This document shows, in pieces, positions 38,558 to 48,113 of a stretch of 64,000 bases of DNA. Positions within the stretch are counted from its first letter, which is position 1, and each line of letters begins with the position of its first letter. The DNA comes from Candidatus Uhrbacteria bacterium (GTDB lineage: Bacteria; Patescibacteriota; Patescibacteriia; GWA2-47-26), in the NCBI GenBank assembly GCA_016187515.1, contig JACPJN010000008.1:4525-68524 (forward strand), written 5' to 3'. Made by a program: the position numbers and the translations under genes. The notes under the pieces are model-generated. The model had not been told where the DNA came from, ran no database searches, and saw only the letters and a list, made by a program, of their open reading frames with translations.

Positions 38558-38915
38558 CATGTGAAATCTCTCCCACCCCCTCTAACTCCCCCTCGGGCAG
38601 GGGGAGAAATTTTATTGGGCAGGAGGGGAAAGTGATAACCGAATACTCGCCAAAAGATTTTAAAAATTTTTAATCCCACACCCCAAACTCCCAACCCCAA
38701 ACCATCCTTAAATTCTCAAGTATTTAAGGATAAAAAATCTCCATTCTGCGATTCCCTCCTACGGCGGACAGGCGCGCGAATCGCAGAATGCCGCAGTGGA
38801 CAGGCACACGTTAAGCGGGGTAGGCAGGAATCCAAAACGCGTCACCATTGGCGCGTTTGTGCATATACTTGACATTTTCCTTCATTTATGAAACAATGTC
38901 TTCAGGAGGAAAACA

Positions 38916-39623
38916 ATGGAAAATCGTTCATTTTCATTTGATACATACCAGGCCACACATCCAAAGACCGATGCGGTGTGGAAAGCACTTTGCGCCGGCC
39001 CGCTTCGTGCGGCAATTCAAGCCACGTTGAAGCTGTTCGTCGAAGATGCTTGTCGGTTTTTTGTCATCCATGCGGGGCAAGTACAGACCCTATCGCATGA
39101 TCAGCGCATTGAATTGTACTACCTTCATTACATTAGCCCTTTGTGTTCGCCGGGAAGCCTTCCAGATACCAAACCCCGCGAGGTATTCTCACGGGTACTC
39201 ATTGCCGCGATTACTGAATTCGTGGATTTGGAATCCGGACGTACATTCCCCGGCGCCAAGAGTCGCAAAGTTACCTTAGGCGAAGTCCATGAAACAAGTT
39301 TCGGGGGTGATGCCTCGGGTGAGAATGGTATAAGGATTGTGGATGCGGAAATTGAATTACTGCGGCATGTGTGGGATGAACTCTGCCAGCTAAAGGAGGT
39401 ATCGGATCTTGAGGATCGGACCGCAGGGGCGCCGGTTCTGAATTTTCCGTCGTCGTTGGATAGCGAATTCTGCGCGGAGGAGTTTTCCAGCGTGTGTATG
39501 GGTTCGTTCCTGCGTGTCCTTGTGGACAATATTCTCCACCTGTATGATTATTTCGGTGATCCGCAGTACGTGCGAGAAATGGCGGAGCAAGCGGCGCGCG
39601 AGGAAGCCAGATCTGGTAACTAG
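38916..39623 (+). CDS. Hypothetical protein
   Basis: AGGAGG RBS; 235 aa; no motif recognised. Confidence 0.65.
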   Translation: MENRSFSFDTYQATHPKTDAVWKALCAGPLRAAIQATLKLFVEDACRFFVIHAGQVQTLSHDQRIELYYLHYISPLCSPGSLPDTKPREVFSRVLIAAITEFVDLESGRTFPGAKSRKVTLGEVHETSFGGDASGENGIRIVDAEIELLRHVWDELCQLKEVSDLEDRTAGAPVLNFPSSLDSEFCAEEFSSVCMGSFLRVLVDNILHLYDYFGDPQYVREMAEQAAREEARSGN

Positions 39624-39767
39624 CCTATAAGGAGGGGTGCTCGACATTGCGCCGCACGACCCGGCATTTTGCCGTGGTCTTTTTTTGTAAAATGACCCAG
39701 AATTTCTTGACACCACCCCTCGCCGGGCGGGGGAGTGGGCGGATGTTCCACCCCCCCCCCAACACCA

Positions 39768-39939
39768 ACTCATCCTTAAATTCTCAAGTATTTAAGGATG
39801 AAAGTGGTCATCAGATTTTTACATTGTATAGACGGCCTTGCGCCGGATTCCGTGGCAAGCCCCCACACCAATTTTAGAAATATTGGTGTGGGGACAGGCC
39901 GCGAGGCAGTTGTGCCTATACATTTTTTCCGTGGATGAT
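39768..39939 (+). repeat. ~172-bp island repeat A, copy 2
   Basis: Direct repeat of 38385-38557. Confidence 0.9.
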
Positions 39940-40022
39940 TAGGATGGCATATAGTCCCGCGTACGACACTTTGTCTCGCGCGCTTGTTGGTATTTGATGG
40001 CGATGGTATACTATAGGTGTAT

Positions 40023-40529
40023 ATGGTAAAAAATCCCAAAATTAACGAGAAAAAGTACCGCAATGCCGTGCTTTTTTTCGCGAATAAGATTCGCAATGGT
40101 ACACTGGGCAAACTGAAGCTGATGAAGCTTTTGTATTATCTTGATTTTGATTTTTTTGAGAAGTATGGCCGGTCGGTGACTGGAGACGAATATTTGCGTT
40201 TTGAAAATGGGCCGGTACCACGGATGGCCGAGAAGACATTAAAGCGGATGCGGGGCAAGGAAATAAAAATTGTGAACCGCAAGATGCAAAAAGGATATAA
40301 TGATCAGCAGCACATTGAGCCGCTTATCACATTTGATCCAAGTTCTTTTTCACGAGAAGAAATTTTGATGATGGAAGAAATTGCTGATAAGTGGGAGAGG
40401 TTTACCGGAACGGAAATGAAAAGTGCGAGTCATGGTGAAGCGCCATGGATCGCCACAAAGCCGAACGATGTTATTGACTATAATCTTTCGTATTACCGCA
40501 ATAAATATGCCGAGATGGAACGGCTTTAG
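40023..40529 (+). CDS. Panacea (DUF4065/SocA-like) antitoxin
   Basis: KLMKLLYYLDF, GPVP, SHGEAPW. Confidence 0.85.
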   Translation: MVKNPKINEKKYRNAVLFFANKIRNGTLGKLKLMKLLYYLDFDFFEKYGRSVTGDEYLRFENGPVPRMAEKTLKRMRGKEIKIVNRKMQKGYNDQQHIEPLITFDPSSFSREEILMMEEIADKWERFTGTEMKSASHGEAPWIATKPNDVIDYNLSYYRNKYAEMERL

Positions 40530-40535
40530 TGTGGT

Positions 40536-40871
40536 ATGGAAATTTCTCGGCACGATGCTATTGAAAAAGATTTTCGTGCGTTAAGACGTTCTGCCGCGCC
40601 GCAAGAATCGCTTGAGGCATGGGAACGCCTTTTTTGTTTAAAGGGGTTACGGGAAACGCCGGCAATTGACGCGTTCCCCGGGTTTGGCGGGCGGAAAATT
40701 TTCAAAGGGCGAGTGGTGCCGCTTAAAGAAAATGTGGGCAAGTCAAAAGGGTATAGGGTTATTTTTGAGATGGTTCATGAAAGTCATTGTATCATTTTGG
40801 TTTTTTCGCGACATGGCGTGTACCATACTGAAACGGAGCTAGTTGCGCTAATTAAAGAACGCCTTCATTAA
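40536..40871 (+). CDS. Putative RelE-like toxin
   Basis: EKDFRAL, K.R, GKSKGYRVIF; 6 bp after the antitoxin. Confidence 0.6.
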   Translation: MEISRHDAIEKDFRALRRSAAPQESLEAWERLFCLKGLRETPAIDAFPGFGGRKIFKGRVVPLKENVGKSKGYRVIFEMVHESHCIILVFSRHGVYHTETELVALIKERLH

Positions 40872-41024
40872 AAGGGCGCTTGGGAGTGTTTACGGGAACT
40901 TGGTCAACGGGCAGGGGGAGAAATTTTAATGGGCAGGCGCTAGCCATCCTTCGACCGACGGTTGCTGTGGATAAGCAGATGTTGTACAATGCCACAATAA
41001 AAAATAAATGTGGATAGCTTTAAT

Positions 41025-41201
41025 ATGCACGATCTTTCCTGCGCGACCTGCGGCTCGCTTGCCGAGGGGTTTAAGTGCGCCGCGTGCGGAATTGAACAGG
41101 ACGAGTTTGAGGCCGGGCATTTGTGCGGCGACGAGCACCTGATGCCGAAATGCTCGATCTGCAGCGAGGCCGAAACCGAATGCAATTGCGATAGTTTATA
41201 G
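41025..41201 (+). CDS. Small Cys-rich zinc-ribbon protein
   Basis: CATC, CAAC, HLC, CSIC, CNC in 58 aa; terminator follows. Confidence 0.6.
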   Translation: MHDLSCATCGSLAEGFKCAACGIEQDEFEAGHLCGDEHLMPKCSICSEAETECNCDSL

Positions 41202-41206
41202 GGCAT

Positions 41207-41243
41207 AAAAACATATCCCCCTTATCGGGGGATATGTGTTTTT
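41207..41243. terminator. Intrinsic terminator hairpin
   Basis: ACATATCCCC-cttatc-GGGGATATGT then GTTTTT. Confidence 0.75.
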
Positions 41244-41268
41244 AATTTGTATGCTATAATACGCATAT

Positions 41269-41841
41269 ATGGGTATGGGATCCAAACTCTACGCTATCCA
41301 GAGTATCGCTCTGGCGGTGGGTATCATTATTGTTTTTAATCTTTTTGTTAATTTTGGCGTTCGGACGTTTTACGCGCCCCTGAAATACGAGCAATTTTGC
41401 GAGGAAGGGAAGGCCGCTCGGGCCTACTCCGAGCGTCAGTCCTGCGAGGGGGTGGGTGGATTTTGGTATGAGCCCGGCGCCAATCCCCATGGCAGTCCGT
41501 ATCCGGCCCGTCCGGTCGCGGTCGGCGAGAAGTATGAGCCGCAAGGATGGTGCGATCCGAATTATCAGTGCAATAAAAATTTCCAGAACTCGAGCGAGTT
41601 ATATAATCGCAATGTTTTTATTGTCCTGATCATTGCCGGGGTCTCAGCGCTGGCAATCGGACTTTTTATTAAGGCCGCGACCGCGGTGGCCACCGGATTT
41701 ATTTTTGGCGGGGTAGTATCGCTTATTGTCGGCACGATTCGCTATTGGTCGGACATGCAGGAGTACTTGCGGTTTATTATTCTGGGAATCGCGCTGGTAA
41801 TTCTCATCCTGGTTGGATGTCGGCGCCTTAAATCCGCGTAG
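41269..41841 (+). CDS. Hypothetical membrane protein
   Basis: Four TM segments with a Cys-containing external loop; TGcTATAAT upstream. Confidence 0.75.
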   Translation: MGMGSKLYAIQSIALAVGIIIVFNLFVNFGVRTFYAPLKYEQFCEEGKAARAYSERQSCEGVGGFWYEPGANPHGSPYPARPVAVGEKYEPQGWCDPNYQCNKNFQNSSELYNRNVFIVLIIAGVSALAIGLFIKAATAVATGFIFGGVVSLIVGTIRYWSDMQEYLRFIILGIALVILILVGCRRLKSA

Positions 41842-42029
41842 GATTTATATGTCATCGCCGAAGTCCGTACCGCTAAGGGCGGAACGCCGCGAGCGAAAGA
41901 AAAAAATCAAAATGGTGATCCACGGCAAGGGAGTAAAAACGCAGCCGTCTTACGGAATTCCCCGCTGCGCGCGGCGCGTAAAGCGGAGTCGGATCTTAGC
42001 CGGGCCTTCTCGCTCGGTTTAGACGGACG

Positions 42030-42055
42030 TGTAATGCTTTTGGAGCTGGCACGTC
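42030..42055 (+). promoter_or_regulatory. Putative ECF autoregulatory promoter
   Basis: TGTAAT-16-CGTC, ending 9 nt before the sigma ATG. Confidence 0.5.
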
Positions 42056-42064
42056 CACTTTTTT

Positions 42065-42604
42065 ATGGAGGGCAAGCCGATAATCTACGCCTCCGATATA
42101 CTTGATCTTGACGTGTTTGAGCGGCTTTATCGCGAATACGGGCAGCGCCTCTACCGGTTTATCTGGCTGCGAGTCGGACAGCGCGAGGACGCGGAAGATA
42201 TTCTCGCCACGGTATTTGTCCGGCTTTGGGAATTTTCGGAAAAATATCCCCAGACCCCCATTCGCTCGGTAAATGCCCTGCTTTATCGAATTGCGCGCAA
42301 TGCCGTGATTGACGCGCGGCGCAAGCGCAAAATCCCGCTGCTGTCCATGGAAGAGTTGAGCGCCCAAGGAATGGAATTTGAGGACGCTGCCCAACCCGAT
42401 CCGCGCGTCAGTTCGGAAATATCCTTGGTGCGGGAGGTGATGCGTTCACTTCAAAGCGCGGAATATGAAATTATCGAGCTGCGTTTTGTGGAGGGCTTCA
42501 AAGTCGCGGATATCGCCGCGCTTTACGGGATTTCCGAAAACAGCGCGGCCGTGCGCATTCATCGCGCCATGAAAGGTCTAAAGAAATTGATGAAAACCGG
42601 TTAG
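42065..42604 (+). CDS. ECF sigma factor
   Basis: FERLYREY, DAEDI, LYRIARNAVID, region 4 HTH. Confidence 0.9.
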   Translation: MEGKPIIYASDILDLDVFERLYREYGQRLYRFIWLRVGQREDAEDILATVFVRLWEFSEKYPQTPIRSVNALLYRIARNAVIDARRKRKIPLLSMEELSAQGMEFEDAAQPDPRVSSEISLVREVMRSLQSAEYEIIELRFVEGFKVADIAALYGISENSAAVRIHRAMKGLKKLMKTG

Positions 42605-42614
42605 CTTACCTACT

Positions 42615-43586
42615 ATGAACGAAGATCGAATCCAGCATCTTTTATCGCGGCTTGGTCAGGCGCGCCTGGACCAAGATACATCCGGGCGCATTTTTGGAGC
42701 GATCCGCCGGCGCTTGACCGTAAGGGAAACTTCCCCGCGATGGCGCGCCTGCGATTTTATGCCCGCGCTTTGTATGTTGCGGCGTTTTTCCTGTGTGGGA
42801 ATTATACTGGTCGCGATTATCATTGCCGCGGGAGGCGGAACAATTGCCGCGGCGCAAGTCGCCATGCCCGGCCATCCTTTTTATGGACTTAAACTCGTAA
42901 GCGAGCGGGTTTTCGAGCAGTTGACCCCGGGCGGTGAAGCGCGCCTGAATCTGTATAATGATCTGGTCGCGCGCCGCGCGCAAGAGCTGGCTAGCTTAAA
43001 AGTTCAAGCGCTTATTCCGCGCGATGGTCAGACGGCTTTATTGCGCCAGGGCGTTAAAAAAACCGCCGCGCGGCTGACCCAAAATATCGCGAATCTAAGG
43101 CAGGATGTGAATAAAATTTCCGCGAGCCCAGCCGCGAAAAAGTCATTCCCGACCCTGCAAACCCTAAATACCCGCGTGGAGGTTTTGGAAACCGTGCTTA
43201 ATGATCTTCAGGATACCGTGCCGCAAGATAGCCAGGCGGCGCAAACGGTGACCCAAGCGCAGCAGGCGGTTGAGGATTTGCAGGTGACGGTCAAGACCAT
43301 CGTGGCTCCTTCTTCCCGGGCAGAGGCCGGCGCGGCCTTGGAGGAGGCCCAAGCCGTGCTGGCCGAGATCCGGCGGGCGGAAGATCATCTTTCCAGCATG
43401 GGAATTTCCTCCACAGTGGGCATTACCGAGGACCTAAGGACTATGAGCGCGATGCTGAAGGATACTGATTCGTTTTTAGCCCGTGAACAATACTCCGAGG
43501 CCTATATGCTGGCCAAGACCGCGACTCGGATGGGCGACAAGATCTTGCGCGCCCTTGGCGATCGCCTGATTAACCGAGTTAAGTGA
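42615..43586 (+). CDS. Putative anti-sigma membrane protein (DUF5667-like)
   Basis: TM followed by AMPGHPFYGLKLVSE; follows ECF sigma. Confidence 0.7.
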   Translation: MNEDRIQHLLSRLGQARLDQDTSGRIFGAIRRRLTVRETSPRWRACDFMPALCMLRRFSCVGIILVAIIIAAGGGTIAAAQVAMPGHPFYGLKLVSERVFEQLTPGGEARLNLYNDLVARRAQELASLKVQALIPRDGQTALLRQGVKKTAARLTQNIANLRQDVNKISASPAAKKSFPTLQTLNTRVEVLETVLNDLQDTVPQDSQAAQTVTQAQQAVEDLQVTVKTIVAPSSRAEAGAALEEAQAVLAEIRRAEDHLSSMGISSTVGITEDLRTMSAMLKDTDSFLAREQYSEAYMLAKTATRMGDKILRALGDRLINRVK

Positions 43587-43641
43587 GCTTACGGCAGCCG
43601 GCGCATTTGTCGTCTTCCAGTATTTCGGGTATACTGGGGGC

Positions 43642-44208
43642 ATGAGATTTTTCAGGTTATTGCTTCCCAGCGTAGTCATTGTAATTGCCGCCTCCGGGGC
43701 TTACGCCGGAGCGCCGGATATTTTTATTATTTCTCCCGCGCCCGGCGAAGTGATTGTCGGCAGCCAGGCCGCGCTTAAAGTCGAACTTGCTCCGCGATTC
43801 ACGCTGACCGATCCGGAATTATATCCGCGCCACGCGGATGGACAAGGGCATCTGCATATTTGGCTGGACACGCTTCCCCGCCATGATGACGCGGTATCCA
43901 CGGTGCTTACCGATACTTCCGAGTATACTTTAAAGAATGTTGCGCCGGGCTTGCACACGATCTACGCTGAATTCTTTCGCAATGACCATGCCGCCTATGA
44001 ACCGCGCGTGATTGGGAGCGTTGAATTTGAAAACACGGCGGAGGTGATTTTTCCAGCCGGAGGCGTAGCCGCGCCCGGAGTCGGCGCGCCAGCGAGCAGC
44101 AGCGGAATTTTTCTGCCGGCCGGACGTTCCAACGCGATTTTGAGCATTGCGCTAATTCTGGCGGCCCTCGGCATACTCTGGTATCTATTGGGACGGAAGC
44201 GGAAGTAG
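43642..44208 (+). CDS. Exported membrane-anchored protein with His-rich motif
   Basis: Signal peptide, GHLHIWLD, PGLHTI, NDH, C-terminal TM plus RKRK. Confidence 0.7.
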   Translation: MRFFRLLLPSVVIVIAASGAYAGAPDIFIISPAPGEVIVGSQAALKVELAPRFTLTDPELYPRHADGQGHLHIWLDTLPRHDDAVSTVLTDTSEYTLKNVAPGLHTIYAEFFRNDHAAYEPRVIGSVEFENTAEVIFPAGGVAAPGVGAPASSSGIFLPAGRSNAILSIALILAALGILWYLLGRKRK

Positions 44209-44211
44209 GAT

Positions 44212-46200
44212 ATGGCCATACCTTACGCGCGGGATTTGAATCGCGAACAATTAGCAGTGGTGCAAGGGGGCGACGGCCCCTGTTTGGTCTTGGCCGGAGC
44301 CGGAACCGGAAAGACGCGCACCATTACCTATCGGGTCGCGTATTTACTGGAGCAGGGGGTGGCGCCCGGGCGCATTCTGCTCGTAACTTTTACCAACAAA
44401 GCCGCGCGGGAAATGCTCCGCAGGGTGGAACTCTTGATGGGTGCCCGGCCGCAAGGGCTCTGGGGCGGGACCTTTCACCATGTGGGTCACGCGCTCCTGC
44501 GCCGTTACGGGTCGCGCATCGGAATTCCGCCGTCATTTACAATTTTGGACGCGGATGACAATGCCGAATTGCTGAAAGCCGTAATGGCGGCCAGCGGCCG
44601 CGGTAAAAAAAGTGATCAGTACTTTCCGGCGCCGGACGTGGTGGAAAATCTGATCAGTTTCGCGGCCAATAGCGGACGTCCGCTGCCGGAGCTTATTTTA
44701 GAGTGGCTGCCGCGGCATGCTGATAAAACTCCGGAACTGCTGCGTATCGCGGCCGCTTATGAGCAAAGAAAACGTGAGCGGAATGTCGTCAGTTTTGATG
44801 ATCTCTTGGCTTTTTGGCTGCGCATTTTACGGGAGCGTCCGGAAGTGCGTGAAAAGCTGGGCGGAAAATTTGACTACATCTTAATTGATGAATATCAAGA
44901 TACGAATCGCCTGCAAGGGATGATTGTGGAGGAATTGGCGCGGGGCGCGAAAAATGTTTTGGTCGTCGGCGATGACGCCCAGTCCATCTATGCTTTCCGC
45001 GCCGCCACGGTTGAAAATATTATGCGCTTTCCGGAGGTCTTTCCCGGAGCGCGAACCTTCCGGCTGGTGCAGAATTATCGTTCCACCCAGGCGATTTTGG
45101 ATCTTGCCAATGCCGTAATTATTTGCAATCGCCGGCAGTTTGAAAAAGAACTGCGTACCGTGCGTGGCCGCGGATCTACACCGGAGCTCATCGGCTGCGC
45201 GGATAATCGCGAGGAAGCCCGATTTATTGTTGATCGCGTGCTGGAATTTCATAGTGAAGGCGAAACACTTTTGGAGAGCGCGGTATTATTCCGAGCCGCG
45301 TATCATGGCATGCAGATTGAACTGGAACTTCAAAAACGCGGCGTGCCCTACATTATTCGGGGCGGAATTCGGTTTTTTGAGCAGGCGCACATTAAGGATG
45401 TGGTGGCGTATTTGCGCGTGGTCGCCAATCCGCTAGACGAATTAGCGTGGCAGCGCATGCTTAAAATGGAAGAGGGGATCGGCGATAAAACGGCGGCAGT
45501 GATTGTAGAAAAGTTGATTCATAACGCCCCCCCGCCCCCTCTTACCTTAAGAGGGGGAGCGGCTGACAATCCTCCCCTTAAGATAAGGGGAGGTGCAGGA
45601 GGGGTTATGAAAAGCGAAGCAGGATTAGCAAAGGTGCTCCGGCGCGTGGATCACCTTAAGACCGTGCCGCAGGTTGATAAAATGATTTCGTATGTGCTGG
45701 AGGCGTTTTATGCGGATTATGCTCAAGCGCAGTTCGAAAATGCGACGGAGCGGCTGGAGGATCTTGAGCAACTGGCCTTGTTTGCGGCCTCCTATGAAAA
45801 ATTGGAGGAATTTTTAGCCGATGCGACGCTTTCGGAAGGATTTCGCGGTGATCGCGCCGCGGCAACGCCGCAGGATGCGGATAAAGAATATCTGGTGCTC
45901 TCGACCATCCATCAGGCCAAAGGTCTGGAATGGAAAAATGTATTTGTGGTCGGACTGGTTGACGGACAATTTCCGCATCACAAATCCCGCGCGCGCCGCG
46001 AGGAGCTGGAAGAAGAACGCCGTTTATTTTATGTGGCGATTACCCGCGCGCGGGAGCGGCTCTACTTAACTTATCCGCTAACAAGCTTAGCGGCGCTGGG
46101 AACCGCGATACACCAGCCGTCGCTGTTTGTGCGCGAACTTGATCCGGAATTATATCAAGAGATCCGGAATGAGGAAACCGTGATTGAATATGCGGACTAA
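44212..46200 (+). CDS. UvrD/PcrA family DNA helicase
   Basis: AGAGTGKT, TFTNKAA, DEYQD, VGDDAQSIY, NYRS, TIHQAKGLE, EERRLFYVAITRA. Confidence 0.95.
   Translation: MAIPYARDLNREQLAVVQGGDGPCLVLAGAGTGKTRTITYRVAYLLEQGVAPGRILLVTFTNKAAREMLRRVELLMGARPQGLWGGTFHHVGHALLRRYGSRIGIPPSFTILDADDNAELLKAVMAASGRGKKSDQYFPAPDVVENLISFAANSGRPLPELILEWLPRHADKTPELLRIAAAYEQRKRERNVVSFDDLLAFWLRILRERPEVREKLGGKFDYILIDEYQDTNRLQGMIVEELARGAKNVLVVGDDAQSIYAFRAATVENIMRFPEVFPGARTFRLVQNYRSTQAILDLANAVIICNRRQFEKELRTVRGRGSTPELIGCADNREEARFIVDRVLEFHSEGETLLESAVLFRAAYHGMQIELELQKRGVPYIIRGGIRFFEQAHIKDVVAYLRVVANPLDELAWQRMLKMEEGIGDKTAAVIVEKLIHNAPPPPLTLRGGAADNPPLKIRGGAGGVMKSEAGLAKVLRRVDHLKTVPQVDKMISYVLEAFYADYAQAQFENATERLEDLEQLALFAASYEKLEEFLADATLSEGFRGDRAAATPQDADKEYLVLSTIHQAKGLEWKNVFVVGLVDGQFPHHKSRARREELEEERRLFYVAITRARERLYLTYPLTSLAALGTAIHQPSLFVRELDPELYQEIRNEETVIEYAD
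45519..45610. repeat. TCATAAC...GTTATGA element in frame in the helicase
   Basis: Encodes HNAPPPPLTLRGGAADNPPLKIRGGAGGVM. Confidence 0.93.
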
Positions 46201-47494
46201 GCCAACCGTTTATCTTGACCATGCGGCGGCAACGCCGCTGGATCCGCGCGTGGCGGAAGCAATGGTGCCATACTTACGCGCAGAATATGGCAATCCATCC
46301 GCGCTTTACGCACTGGGACGTGCCGCACGCGAGGCAGTGGATAACGCGCGGGAGACCGTGGCGCGCATTTTGAATTGCCGCGCGGCGGAGATTGTATTTA
46401 CCGGCAGTGGAACCGAGTCGGACAATTTGGCGGTGTTTGGCGTGGCAAAAAACTACGCACATAACTCACCCCATCCCTCCCTTACCTCCGACGCCCTGAA
46501 GGGTCGGAGTCCGACCGAAGCGTCGGACTTAGGGGAGGGGGCCGATACAAATACCCCCCTTAGGGTAAGGGGGGGCAGGGGGGTTACGAAGGGCCACCTT
46601 ATCACCACCGCCATTGAACACCATGCCGTGCTCAATCCCTGCCGCGCGCTTGAAAAAGAGGACTATGCAGTAACTTATTTGAAAGTGGAACATGATGGAT
46701 TGATAACCCCGGAGCAACTTAGAGCCGCAATTCGGCCGGACACCGTGTTAATCTCAATAATGTATGCAAATAACGAGATCGGCACCATTGAGCCAATCGC
46801 GGCGCTGACCCGCGCGGTACGGGCGTGGAAAAAAGAACACGGTAGAAAGGAAAACGACCCGCCGTTTTTTCACACGGACGCGTGTCAGGCCGCCGGATAT
46901 CTGGACATGGATGTGGGGCGACTGGGTGTGGACTTGCTCACACTGAATGCCAGTAAAATCTACGGCCCAAAAGGTGTGGGAGCATTGTATGTGCGGCGAG
47001 GAATAAAATTGCAACCGTGCATTTACGGCGGCGGACAAGAGTTTGGGTTGCGCTCCGGCACAGAAAACGTGGCGGCGATTGTGGGGATGGGGAAGGCGCT
47101 GGAGTTGGTGGTGAGATTAAGAGACCAAGAGATTAAGAGATTAAGTGGGTTGCGGGATCGGTTGATTGCGGGGATTTTGGCGCGTGTGGAAGGTGCGGAA
47201 TTGAATGGACACCCCACGCAACGCCTGCCCAATAATGTGAATATCTCAATTTCCGGCATTGAGGGCGAGGCCATGCTATTCTATTTGGATGAACATGGAA
47301 TCTCGGCCGCTACCGGTTCGGCTTGCGAGTCCGCCGGTCCGGATCCATCGCATGTTGTTCAGGCGCTAGGAAAATCCCGCGACGCCGCGCGATCCAGTAT
47401 TCGCTTTACCCTGGGGCGCGGGACAATGAAGGACGACGTTGAGTATGTGTTGGAGGTATTACCGGGAATAGTTCAAAAATTGCGCCACAAATAA
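46190..47494 (+). CDS. iscS: Cysteine desulfurase
   Basis: YLDHAAATP, EHHAV, NNEIG, HTDACQ, KIYGPKG, RSGTEN, TGSAC. Confidence 0.93.
   Translation: MRTKPTVYLDHAAATPLDPRVAEAMVPYLRAEYGNPSALYALGRAAREAVDNARETVARILNCRAAEIVFTGSGTESDNLAVFGVAKNYAHNSPHPSLTSDALKGRSPTEASDLGEGADTNTPLRVRGGRGVTKGHLITTAIEHHAVLNPCRALEKEDYAVTYLKVEHDGLITPEQLRAAIRPDTVLISIMYANNEIGTIEPIAALTRAVRAWKKEHGRKENDPPFFHTDACQAAGYLDMDVGRLGVDLLTLNASKIYGPKGVGALYVRRGIKLQPCIYGGGQEFGLRSGTENVAAIVGMGKALELVVRLRDQEIKRLSGLRDRLIAGILARVEGAELNGHPTQRLPNNVNISISGIEGEAMLFYLDEHGISAATGSACESAGPDPSHVVQALGKSRDAARSSIRFTLGRGTMKDDVEYVLEVLPGIVQKLRHK
46460..46588. repeat. CATAAC element with a nested 42-bp TCCGAC...GTCGGAC hairpin, in frame in iscS
   Basis: 129 bp = 43 codons; nested part 46487-46528 = 14 codons. 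Confidence 0.92.
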
Positions 47495-47602
47495 TTTGTA
47501 ACGATTGTTCAACGGTCTCAACTGTGCGGGTTTGACGCGGTTTTTTTGTTATGATACATTAAAATCAGAAGGAAGTTCTTTCAATAAACCGAGGAGGCCA
47601 AC

Positions 47603-47743
47603 ATGAACAGTTGGGAAGTGGCACCAGTAGCCGTGCTTGCCAGCACGCTCGTAATTGTCGTGTTTCTGGCGGTCGGTATTGCCGCGTGGGAGGCGCATGG
47701 GTGGTGGGAACGTCGGAAACAGCGGCGTGCGGGATGGAACTGA
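47603..47743 (+). CDS. Small single-TM protein (46 aa, not in ORF track)
   Basis: GAGGAGG RBS; MNSWEVAPVAVLASTLVIVVFLAVGIAAWEAHGWWERRKQRRAGWN. Confidence 0.6.
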   Translation: MNSWEVAPVAVLASTLVIVVFLAVGIAAWEAHGWWERRKQRRAGWN

Positions 47744-47758
47744 ATCTCGGAGGCGATC

Positions 47759-47986
47759 ATGACTGAAAAACAATGGATGCGGGTACGCGGTCCGATCTTT
47801 CTCATGATGCTCGGCGGATTGATCTGGGGGATCATCAAGATCCAACTGGGTCCACATCGCGAGATCTTCCGGAGCTTTCTGTGGGAGACGATGGTTGTGT
47901 TAGCCCTGGTGTTCGCACTATTGAACGTTCCGTTAACCTTGCTCGCGTGGCACGAGGCAAAGCGGCGCACGGCGCGGCAAATTTAG
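47759..47986 (+). CDS. Small two-TM protein
   Basis: GGAGG RBS; two hydrophobic helices; basic tail. Confidence 0.6.
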   Translation: MTEKQWMRVRGPIFLMMLGGLIWGIIKIQLGPHREIFRSFLWETMVVLALVFALLNVPLTLLAWHEAKRRTARQI

Positions 47987-48062
47987 CCATGTACCTTCGA
48001 ACAGTCGGTTCTCTCGCGGAGCCGGCTCTTTTCTTTTTTTGTGAAATTTGGTAGTGTGTTGG

Positions 48063-48100
48063 CATAACCCCTCCTCGCCTCCCCTTACCTTAAGGGGAGG
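48063..48100. repeat. Left half of CATAAC element upstream of thiI
   Basis: CATAACCCCTCCTCGCCTCCCCTTACCTTAAGGGGAGG; exact inverted copy at 31111-31150. Confidence 0.9.
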
Positions 48101-48113
48101 AAATTGTTAGAGT

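Larger units (their letters stand above)
28365..40940. mobile_element. tRNA-adjacent accessory/defence island; no integrase seen, boundaries approximate
   Basis: TA, RM, NYN, RadC and GIY-YIG genes; visibly AT-richer 32-38 kb; long direct repeats between modules. Confidence 0.6.

Noticed and set aside
6452-41017. DnaA boxes / oriC (TTATCCACA at 26644 and 29517; TGTGGATAA at 6452 and 40966)
   Set aside because: Scattered single boxes, with no cluster and no dnaA or dnaN nearby.
41849-42022. Small basic ORF resembling a ribosomal protein
   Set aside because: No recognisable family motif; cannot be supported beyond being an open frame.
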